64,000 bases of DNA, taken from contig NIVC01001363.1 in assembly GCA_002269645.1 (NCBI GenBank), positions 186,001 to 250,000 of the forward strand. Reading direction: 5' to 3'. The position numbers and the translations under genes were made by a program. Shown in pieces: positions 24,844 through 35,247 of the stretch; the first letter of the stretch is position 1, and each line of letters starts with the position of its first letter. This DNA is from Macrostomum lignano (lineage: Eukaryota). The notes beneath the pieces are model-generated. The model was not told where the DNA came from, did no database searches, and saw nothing but the letters and a program-made list of their open reading frames with translations.

Positions 24844-27708
24844 TCCTCCTATATACTAAAAATGGTCTGTCTGTGTCTATGTGATCGATTAGAGAAAAAA
24901 TGGCTGGACCGATTTTGTTCGAACTTGCACTGTTCGATCAGAAATTTTCCCGTGACTGTACATGCATCGTGGCTAAGAAATTGCTCGATGCTAAAGGCAT
25001 TAAATATTCGAAAAACATGCTTTTTTGCAAAGGTCAAGCAAACTTTTCGACTTGAAATGTATTGTAGCTCGTAAGAATGCTAGAGAAAAAAACTGACTGG
25101 TTGAATTCTGATTCTGAAATAGATTGCATCATAACTGAATTGTAACTTCGACTTGAATTGAAAATGCAGTGTGGAAGCGTAGCACCAGACTTGATTTAAA
25201 TTGCGTAACCATATTGTTAACTGATACTGACTGACTGAGAAACTGATTATGTCATAACTGCTTCGAGTGATTTACTCTATGCTTGGATTTTAGAGTGTTG
25301 AATTATATAAGTGAAAAATTTGATGATATCAAAACGATGAGAGCTAGCCTAGAGGTGAACAAATTGAACTGCTAAATGCAGCGACGATGGTTCGAATTTT
25401 CATAGTGTATAATTTTTTTAATTAAAGCTTTTCAACGTCAGGAAAACTAAAAGACTTTTTAAAAAGAACCGTCATGTGAAAATCATAGAAGCGTCATGTA
25501 AAAAATCGTAGAAGCGTCATTTAAAAAATCATAGAAGCGTCATGTAAAAAATCGTAGAAGCGTCATTTAAAAAATCATAGAAGCGTCATATAAAAATCAT
25601 AAATGCGTCATTTAAAGAATCATTGAAGCGTCATGTAAACAATCATAGAAGCGTCATGTAAAAAACCATAGAAGAGTCATGTAAAAAAATCGAAGCGTCA
25701 TGTAAATAATCATAGAAGCGTCATGTAAACAATCGTAGAAGCGTCATATAAAAATCATAGAAGCGTCATGTAAAAAAATCAAACAAGCGTCATGTAAAAA
25801 AGTATAGAAGCGTCATGTAAACAATCATAAAAGCGTCATGTAAACAATCGTAGAAGCGTCATATAAAAATCATAGAAGCGTCATTTAAAAAATCATAGAA
25901 GCGTCATGTAAACAATCATAGAAGCGTCATGTAAAAAAGTCATAGAAGCGTCATGTAAACAATCATAGAAGCGTCCTGTAAACAATCATAGAAGCGTCAT
26001 GTAAAAAATCATAGAAGCGTCATGTAAAAAAATCATACAAGCGTCATGTAAAAAAGTATAGAAGCGTCATGTAAACAATCATAGAAGCGTCATGTAAACA
26101 ATCATAGAAGCGTCATGTAAAAAATCATAGAAACGTCATGTAGAAAAATCATAGAAGCGTCATGTAAACAATCATAGAAGCGTCATGTAAAAATCGTAGA
26201 AGCGTCATTTAAAAATCATAGAAGCGTCATTTAAAAAAATCATAGAAGCGTCATGTAAACAATCATACAAGCGTCATGTAAACAATCATAGAAGCGTCAT
26301 GTAAACAATCATAAAAGCGTCATGTAAACAAGCATAGAAGCGTCATGTTAACATAGAAGCGTCATGAAAAAATTATAGAAGCCTCATATAAAAACTAACG
26401 GAAGTGTCATTTAAAAAATGAAGAAGCATCATGGAAGAATAAAAGAAGCGTAACGTAAAAATCAAAAGAAGCGTCATGTCAGACATGAAAGAAGTGTCAT
26501 GTAAAAATTAAATGAAGCTATTGTGCTGTGCTGGGGAGAATCACTGAGACGTCAAGGCTCACAGAGAATAACTGAGATTACAGGGGGTTTCTGAGATGTT
26601 AAAGCAAAAGTCAGAAGCTACTTCAAAGTACATGTACTTTACTTAAGTTTTTTTATTGCATTCTTTGTTGGCTTGCCACGGTGGGGGGGGGCGCTGATAG
26701 AAGAAGAGTCATGTAAAAATAAAAGGAGCACTATGTATACATAAAATAAAAGTCATGTCAAAGTTAAAAGATTCATTTGGGAATTGCTACGATGTCAAAG
26801 CTTGGAGGGAATCGTTATAGTGCTGTGATTCTTAAAGAAGGAATCACTTAAATGCCAAGGCTTAGGGAAGAAGAATTGCTGTGATTTCAAGGCTTTAGGT
26901 TGGGTGAAAGTTAGGTTTACGTCAGGTTTGGGTTGAGGGTTAGATTTTAGCGCGTTTCAAGGTTAACAGGGGATTTTTTAGATTTCAAGGTTTATGGGGG
27001 CATCGCTGACATGTCAAGGCTTACGAGGGGAATCTATCTATCTATCTATCTATAGCTGAGATGTCAAGGCTCACGGGGGAATAAATGAGATGTCAAGGCT
27101 AATGTCAGAAGCTACATGTAGTTTATTGGAAAAAAGTTATTACATTATTTGTTGGCTCCTCATGGGAGGGATCGCTGATAGAAAAAGCGTAATGTAAAAA
27201 AAAGAAGCTTCATGTCAAAGTTAAGAGATTAATTTGGGAATCCCTACGATGTCGAGGCTTGCAGGGAATCGCTATAATGCTGTAGTAGTGCTATAGACTC
27301 TTAGAGAGAATTACTGAAATTTCAATGCTTTAGGGTTAGGGTTAGGGTTAGGGTTAGAAAGTAGACAGATTTTTTAAGATTTCAAGGCTTATGGGAGCAT
27401 TGCTGAGATGTCAAGGGGGGAGTTGATATGTTAAGGCTTGTGGGGGGGATTGCTGACATGTCAAGGCTTACAAGGGTACTGGTAGCGTACTGAAGCATAC
27501 TGGTAGAAGTAGCTCTGAAAGAAGGCAAGTATGGTTGAATTTCAATGTCTGTTATAAAATTCTGCACAAACATGTTTTATTGGTACATAAGCCTGGAATT
27601 AAAATGAGAATTCGATTCCTAGCCCCCCTCCCTAAGGGTTTTTTTTTCATTTTAAAGGATTCGTCCCTTGCTTATTGGCCACCCCGAAGGGGGGCGCTAG
27701 ATTGCTAG
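24844..27708 (+). mobile_element. Non-autonomous Helitron-like unit 3 (2865 bp)
   Basis: TCCTCCTATATACTAAAAATG ... hairpin ... CTAG (27705-27708). Its 3' half is near-identical to that of unit 2 at an offset of 2865 bp. Confidence 0.72.
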
Positions 27709-28569
27709 TCCTCCTATATACTAAAAATGGTCTGTCTGTGTCTATGTGATCGATTAGAGAAAAAATGGCTGGACCGATTTTGTTCGAACTTGCACTGTTC
27801 GATCAGAAATTTTCCCGTGACTGTACATGCATCGTGGCTAAGAAATTGCTCGATGCTAAAGGCATTAAATATTCGAAAAACATGCTTTTTTGCAAAGGTC
27901 AAGCAAACTTTTCGACTTGAAATGTATTGTAGCTCGTAAGAATGCTAGAGAAAAAAACTGACTGGTTGAATTCTGATTCTGAAATAGATTGCATCATAAC
28001 TGAATTGTAACTTCGACTTGAATTGAAAATGCAGTGTGGAAGCGTAGCACCAGACTTGGTTTAAATTGCGTAACCATATTGTTAACTGATACTGACTGAC
28101 TGAGAAACTGATTATGTCATAACTGCTTCGAGTGATTTACTCTATGCTTGGATTTTAGAGTGTTGAATTATATAAGTGAAAAATTTGATGATATCAAAAC
28201 GATGAGAGCTAGCCTAGAGGTGAACAAATTGAACTGCTAAATGCAGCGACGATGGTTCGAATTTTCATAGTGTATAATTTTTTTAATTAAAGCTTTTCAA
28301 CGTCAGGAAAACTAAAAGACTTTTTAAAAAGAACCGTCATGTGAAAATCATAGAAGCGTCATGTAAAAAATCGTAGAAGCGTCATTTAAAAAATCATAGA
28401 AGCGTCATGTAAAAAATCGTAGAAGCGTCATTTAAAAAATCATAGAAGCGTCATATAAAAATCATAAATGCGTCATTTAAAGAATCATTGAAGCGTCATG
28501 TAAACAATCATAGAAGCGTCATGTAAAAAACCATAGAAGAGTCATGTAAAAAAATCGAAGCGTCATGTA
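27709..28569 (+). mobile_element. Non-autonomous Helitron-like unit 4, 3'-truncated
   Basis: Near-identical to the start of unit 3. It breaks off inside the satellite at cgtcatgta|cccagtgg. Confidence 0.7.
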
Positions 28570-28802
28570 CCCAGTGGAGCAATTCATATACGCCCCACTA
28601 TACATTTTATCCTACGCCCCTTCGATGCGCGTCTAGCGCCCTGGCGCACAATTTGTCCAGTCAGGGCAACTACGTTTACCCTGCGCCCTTTCGACAGTCG
28701 AATAAATAATAACGGGATATCCTATTTATTCTACTTATAGTAGGAAGTAAGTAAATACCGGTATATGTATTCACGGGCCATACTAATGGATCCCAGCCTG
28801 CA

Positions 28803-28892
28803 CCCTGCTGCTCCCCCGCCCTGCTGCTCCCCCGCCCTGCTGCTCCCCCGCCCTGCTGCTCCCCCGCCCTGCTGCTCCCCCGCCCTGCTGCT
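28803..28892. repeat. 16-bp GC-rich tandem repeat (ccctgctgctcccccg, about 5.5 copies)
   Basis: Direct tandem units. Confidence 0.9.
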
Positions 28893-29354
28893 TCAAATGA
28901 ATTTTTATTTTAATGTTAACTGCAGCCTACAATTTCCTAAGATTCAAAGATAGTCATTATTAGAAAATCAGGTATAATATCAGAAATATAAAATGGACAA
29001 TCGCTTTATTTTCCATACTGGAAACACTGCCACGATTCATGGTTAAGTAATACGTAAATTTGTATTCACCTAATTTGTAAACGGAATTGTAGTTTTGCGA
29101 TTTAAATCTGATATCATTTTGATATCTTACAGTTACAGTTACATTTTCTAAAGTGACTGTTCATAATTAATAAAACTGAAAAGGGCTATGCTCCGTTAAT
29201 AACATCAAGGAGCTAAGCTAAGAAGGTAGCGCATTTTAAAATGATTATTAAGATTAGCATCAGATTTTAATGTTGAATAATGATATAAATAGAACACAGA
29301 TGCCAAAAACGCATATTTAAATGTTACTATCTACCAATCCATATCAAAGCGAAG

Positions 29355-29887
29355 CAGGGGCGTAGCCAGGAATTTTGATTGGGGGGGGGCCGTGAGTTAG
29401 GGGGCGCCAGCTTCTTATAGGGGGGCGCCAGTTTCTTTTAGGGGGGAGCGCCAGTTTCTTATAGGGGGGGGGCGCCAGTTTCTTTTAGGGGGGCGCCAGT
29501 TTCTTATAGGGGGGGGGCGCCAGTTTCTTATAGGGGGGCGCCAGTTTCTTTTAGGGGGGCGCCAGTTTCTTTTAGGGGGGCGCCAGTTTCTTTTAGGGGG
29601 GCGCCAGTTTCTTATAGGGGGGCGCCAGTTTCTTTTAGGGGGGGGCGCCAGTTTCTTTTAGAGGGGGGCGCCAGTTTCTTTTAGAGGGGGAGCGCCAGTT
29701 TCTTTTAGAGGGGGGCGCCAGTTTCTTTTAGGGGGGGTGCCAGTTTCTTTTAGAGGGGGGGGCGCCAGTTTCTTTTAGGGGGGGGGGGGGGGCGCCAGTT
29801 TCTTTTAGGGGGGGGGCGCCAAGGCCAGAGTTGGTGATTGGGGGGGGGGGCCACGGCCCCCTTGCCCCCCCTCTGACTACGCCCCTG
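29355..29887. mobile_element. hAT-type MITE (533 bp) with internal ~26-bp repeats
   Basis: TIR CAGGGGCGTAG(C/T)CAG; 8-bp TSD AAGCGAAG (29347-29354, 29888-29895). The interior is ggggggcgccagtttctt(a/t)tagg repeats. Confidence 0.85.
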
Positions 29888-29930
29888 AAGCGAAGTGAAA
29901 TTAAGGACAAAACATTATCTAACCCTGCTT

Positions 29931-32900
29931 TCACAGTCGAAACAATTTCTGTCTATTTCCTCTTAATTCATCCATCAAATTTTCTGCATCACTGTCGCTA
30001 GAGCTAGTGCAATTCTGGTCATCGTCCGGGACATTGTCGGCCTGCTGGGAATAGGCGAAGCGTTCAATCGACTGACGCTGATTCTTCTGTGACCCATGCC
30101 CACCTGCACCACATGCTGAACGCTTTCTGCTGTCCACCGGTGCTGCAGTTGCGCTGGACGCCTGGTGAGCAGTGGCGTGGATCCGATGTCGAGTTGGGGT
30201 TGCTGGTGTAGTGGCTGTAGCAGATACGGGATGCGATGAAAATGCACCAGCAGCTGGTGTCATTACCGTTGAAGCTGGAGAGACATATGCCGCTGCAGCC
30301 GCTGTAGATGTGCCCGCTGGGTCTCTGGCCAGGCTTGCTCGGTGACGCCGCTTTTTTAAACGGTCCGTACCGCGGTGCAACAGGTCTTTGCATATATCAT
30401 GCACCTTAGCCGGTGTTGGCTTGGCTTCGTCCAAAGCATATAAGCTCGTGATGGCATCTGCGTGTGTTATAGTTTTATAGATAGATTTAGGAAAAATTCC
30501 AACTCTTAAGGTATTAGATAATATTACATTTCTACTAACAGTAGCTGATTTAGGAGTCAGTTCATGTTTAAGTTTATTTTTCAGATTTACGAAAATTTGC
30601 AGCATGAAAATTCTGCGAAGTTATTTAAGAATTATTTGAATGCCGCTTGAGTGGTCTCATAAAGCTCATGATATTGCATAATGAAATGATTCTCACCTTG
30701 AAAATAATTCAGGAGTATTACTTTAAAGCCCAGATGCTGATCAGTCAAAGCTGTGTTAGCTCCTGCCAGACGAGCTCGACTCTGCATATCTCTTCCGTTG
30801 AAGTTGACAGCTGCCTGTAGGTCGGGAGTCAAACAGGAGTCCATCATCGTCCGAACTGTCTCTGACACTGTCGACCGCTTAGCGAGAAGAAGCAGAGTTT
30901 TCTATAATGACAGAAACAACGGATATGGTTGACAAGTAATAGTTGAATCCGTGATTATCTGAGATTGTGTTGTCACTTGTCGTCAGGGAGAGTGCAAAGA
31001 GAATGAAACAGACGAGTCTAACATAGAGGGGTGCAGAAATTGAAAAAAATGAGACAAAAATACGATAATTTAGCTAAATTGAGGTTGAGATTAAAATGAG
31101 GTAATTAATACGCTCGTAGAGGGGTGATATAAATATTGAGGACTAAACTTGAGTCTAAGATTAAAATCTGCTTGAAATATCTGGCTCAAAACTTACCATT
31201 TCTGAAAGCATCTCTGTTGGCTGCAACTCAACGAACTCCACATACGCTTGCCAGCTACTGATGGGCCAGAACTGTGGTGAACGTGGAGCCGGTGCTGTCG
31301 ACTGACGGTGCAGGTGCAGCTCTGCGCGAATTGACGCCAGTTCTTCTAGGCAGCGCTTTTGTTGGGCTTCCAATTTACTGTTTTTCACCATTTGTTCGCG
31401 GAGAAGTGACAGCTGCACGAAGAGGATTCCACGAATACTTTCTAAAGGAAAGTCGACCACCGACTGAATCTGCCGCTGAAGCACGTGTACCGGACTTGGC
31501 CCGAAGCCAAATACTGAAGGCTTTGGGACAGCTGAGATGTCTGCGGCTGCTGCCTCTTCGACCCATGGAGCCATCACTGCAGCTTCAATTATTGTGATTG
31601 CTTCCTCATCCGCTTCCACTTCCGCTGCCGCTTTCGCTTCCGCTGCCGCTTTCGCTTCCGCTGCCGCTTTCGCTTCCGCTGCCGCTTTTGCTTCCGCTGC
31701 CGCTTTCGCTTCCGCTGCCGCTTTCGCTTCCGCTGCCGCTTTCGCTTCCGCTGCCGCTTTTGCTTCCGCTGCCGCTTTCGCTTCCGCTGCCGCTTTTGCT
31801 TCCGCTGCCGCTTTCGCTTCCGCTGCCGCTTTCGCTTCCGCTGCCGCTTTTGCTTCCGCTGCCGCTTTCGCTTCCGCTGCCGCTTTCGCTTCCGCTGCCG
31901 CTTTTGCTTCCGCTGCCGCTTTCGCTTCCGCTGCCGCTTTCGCTTCCGCTGCCGCTTTCGCTTCCGCTGCCGCTTTCGCTTCCGCTGCCGCTTTCGCTTC
32001 CGCTGCCGCTTTTGCTTCCGCTGCCGCTTTCGCTTCCGCTTGCACTGCAGCGCTTTCCAAAAGCTCCGTCTGATTTCCGCCTGATATCAAGTGTGCAGGC
32101 AGCGGGCACAGCGTCGCTAATGTCTCAGGCAGTTGTTGATTTGGTAGCTGAAGTTGCGGGCGCCGCTTCTCAGTCGATCGGCCGTCCCAGAAGTGATCTG
32201 TGTCGGACGCAGAGCCACTGGACAGGTTCTGTGAAAATATTTAATTTGGATTCTGGTCTAAGTACATTCAAAGTGTATAATCTTCTAGTCTAATTTGAAT
32301 AAGCATAGTATTTCTCCTTCTTCTTCTCGAATTCATTTATCACTATTCACTGAGACATTCAGAAACACGAAGCTCACCCTTCCTTGATACAACCGACGGG
32401 CCTGGCGCTGATCGCTCTTGCAAAAAACTCGTGGAAGCACGAGAGCTAGAATATCCTTGAGCGTCTTTTTTTTCTTGATTAATTCTCGAGCAAATGCAAG
32501 GGCCGGTGAATCCAAAGAGTCGTCTAACACAACCTAAAATGAAATATAATTAGGTCTATAATGCGTGTATAAATGAGCTCAATTACTGAACTTCAGCGAC
32601 AGCTAGTAGTTAATGTCTGTACGCGCAGCAATTTGGTGAATTTTATTTTTTCAAATCGGCCCTAATCTCAATGGCAGTCGTAATTAAATCAATAATTCGT
32701 TGATAACTTAAGCTTGTAACTATATAAAGTTATAAACAAAAAAGCTCACCTGGACAATAATTGCAGCAAAGTGCTGCCCTTCGTAGAGTGCCTTGCAGAA
32801 CCATTTCTCAGTGCTATCTTTCAAAGCAAGCCACTCTGAGTCTGTCAAGTTTTCCAACTCTTCCGGGAGAATCAGATGCTCTTTGTTTGCCTCAACAACC

Positions 32901-32935
32901 TGTCTATCAGCTTTGAAAATTACAATAAACTTCAT
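29931..32935 (-). CDS. Transposon accessory protein, about 701 aa, with (EAKAAA)23 and a DUF4806/BEN-like C-terminal domain
   Basis: Exons complement(32750..32935, 32378..32533, 31197..32228, 30697..30901, 29931..30457), all GT-AG with matching phases (0,0,0,1) and no internal stop. Motif ETVRTMMDSCLT...VNFNGR...GFKVILLNYFQ|DAI...VHDICKDLLHRGTDRLKKRR. The domain name is from motif recall. Confidence 0.75.
31621..32040 (-). repeat. Coding 18-bp repeat x23 (EAKAAA)
   Basis: tccgctgccgcttt(c/t)gct units lie inside exon 3 of the accessory gene; variation is at a synonymous position. Confidence 0.95.
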
Positions 32936-33286
32936 GATAACAAAAATAGTTTTTATATGCTATAGATGGATAGATATTTTATGAATTCGATGAGAATTCT
33001 TACATCTAGCTAATTTGATCTGATGCAAAGTGAAAAAAGCTCATTTGAGAAAATTTAAGCAAGGCTTCAGCTTCGAGAGGTTGGCACAGGGCGATCTCAT
33101 TGGTTCCGAGCATTGATAAACTCAGGAACCAATTTCTATTGGGTCTTACCAAATATCATGTATCTTCAACACATAATCGCATTCGACTTACCATAACCTA
33201 TCTTAACCTTTCCTACCCATCTTTTTACCTGATTTACCTACATACAATTAATAATCTACTACAGGTAAAAGCATCTTTCAAACAAA

Positions 33287-35247
33287 ATGTCTTCCAAGAA
33301 AAATTTGCAACGACTTGCAACAAAGCACTTGCTATCTTCATTTGTTGATAAAGAAAAGAGAGAGCAGGACAAGGTCACCACAGAGGCATCAAGCGGAGCG
33401 GAAGAACAACGGATGGACGTCGATGAAGGTGACCAGGAAGAGTTAAGTAATGTTGACTTTGATGAGATGGAGTGGAATCGTGATGCAGACGACATCTCCG
33501 AAGATGACACCGAAGAAGAGGAGAGAGAGGAAGATAATCGGCCTTTAGAAGTAAAGCTAGAAGCATTGCTTCTTCTATTTCTCTCAACGTACAATATTTC
33601 TCGCAGCGCCATGGCTTTCCTTCTCGCCGGACTTCGAGAAATCGGCATTCCTGCTCCAAAATCTGTTTTCCGACTGGAACGGCTTCTGAAGAAAGAATTT
33701 CCTGTAGGGGAATTACTGGCCATGGGGATGGACATTTTAAGTACATCTCAATACTCAATAATCTCCAACTATTAACTCGTCATGGGTTACTGCAACTTGC
33801 GCCTGAAAATCTGCAGAAATCAAGTGGTTCAACAAAAGTGTACACATTTGAGGCCCACCTGAATAGTGACGGATGTCCTCTTTTCCGTGCGAGTCAATTT
33901 GGCTTGTGGCCATTATTAATGACAATTCCAAAAGCATTCGCTAAGCCATTTCCGGTGGCAATTTGGGCTGGTATAGGCAAGCCACCATTAAAAGAATATT
34001 TGCAAGAATTCTGCGCGGAGGCGACGATGTTCTTATCTGAACCCGTTAAAATCTCCGATGAGATAAGCATCATGCTCTCCGCTATTTACTTTATATGCGA
34101 CACCCCTGCGCGCAACTTCCTAATGTGCACATCCGGTCACACATCTTACGTTGGTTGTCAATACTGTAGAGCCGTGGGTTCACGTGACGACAACAGAGTT
34201 GTCTTTTCAACAACCATCGCCGAGAGTCGTTGTGGACAGATATATCGCGAAGGAGGTGAAAGCAATCAAGCTGAATCTAAAATATTGTCACCGCTGCTGC
34301 ACTTGCCGAATATGGACTTCGCGAACTGGTTCCCACTCGATTTTCAGCATGCAATCTGTCTTGGAGCCGTGAGAAAAATTATGAACTTTTATTTTGGAAA
34401 AGGAGGCTGCAAACATTCTAGGAAAACAGTTAAACATCTGTCGGACTACATTGATGAAATTGCCTGCTGGACTCCAAGCAACTTTCAAAGAAGGCCACGG
34501 CGCATTGACAAGTGCTTGTCATTTCTGAAGGCAACTGAATTCAGACAGTATGTTTTGTATCTGGGTCCTGTACTTTTTAAGAGATACATACCAGAAAAAC
34601 TTTACAAAAACTTCTTACTTTTGCACTTTGCCGTGTTCTGCTACTCATCCGAGAAGTACTCTGAACTTTGGTCTCAAGCAAAAAGTTGTATCGAAGTCTT
34701 TGTAGAGCAATTGTCCAAAATGTTTGGCAAAAAAGCTATCAGCTACAACATTCACGCTCTGCTTCATTTCGACTACTTTGTAAGGAAATTTGGTAATCTG
34801 AACAACTTTTCGACTTTTCCCTTTGAGAACTATCTTGGTTCCATAAAGAGGAAAATTAAAGTCACCAGGCATCCAGCTGCACATGCTGTTGTTCAAGCGC
34901 TCAAAGTTCGAAATTTGAATTTGAAGGATCATTGTCTCCCGCCCTTAAAGTACAGCACAAAGAAGGGTGACAACTGCTGCTTCGTTGGTTCGCAGTGTGT
35001 GCTAATTCAACACGTGACTATTAACGGCAAAGTGTCAGGTAGAATTCTGCGGCCTACTGAAAGCCTCTATACGTATCCATTCCCTTCGCTGCTTCTTGGA
35101 ATTGGTGTATATCACCTGACATCCGAGATCACGACTGGACAACCAAGCCGCAAATGTTGGCTCCTACCCCATGCGACTTCGGCAGCAGCTGAGGGCGAGA
35201 CAGTGGACTCATTCTATGTAATTCCACTAGCAGGGCACGATGAATAG
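33287..35247 (+). CDS. CMC/EnSpm-family transposase, about 653 aa after repairing one G-run frameshift at about 33724-33727
   Basis: Motifs NSDGCPLFRAS..LWPLL, ICDTPARNF...GHTSYVGCQYC, LDFQHAICLG, KATEFRQY.LYLGP, YNIHALLH, FSTFPFENY. ORFs 33287-33775 and 33838-35247 join as LLAM-GDGHFKYISI if G4 becomes G5. Confidence 0.85.

Larger units (their letters stand above)
29931..35247. mobile_element. CMC (CACTA/EnSpm-type) DNA transposon: minimal extent, termini not identified
   Basis: A plus-strand CMC transposase is divergently paired with a spliced DUF4806-like gene. Confidence 0.65.

Noticed and set aside
18110-26365. CRISPR-like repeat/variable-segment appearance of satellites A-D
   Set aside because: The variable parts are related to each other rather than unique spacers; there are no cas genes and the context is eukaryotic.
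28570-28800. CCCAG at 28570 or 28792 as the left TIR of the CMC element
   Set aside because: I found no matching inverted copy downstream of the transposase, so the element ends are left undefined.
31537-32293. Alternative-frame ORFs (SAAAFA, LPLPLS, GSGSES repeats)
   Set aside because: They are shadows of the 18-bp repeat; only the EAKAAA frame fits the spliced gene.
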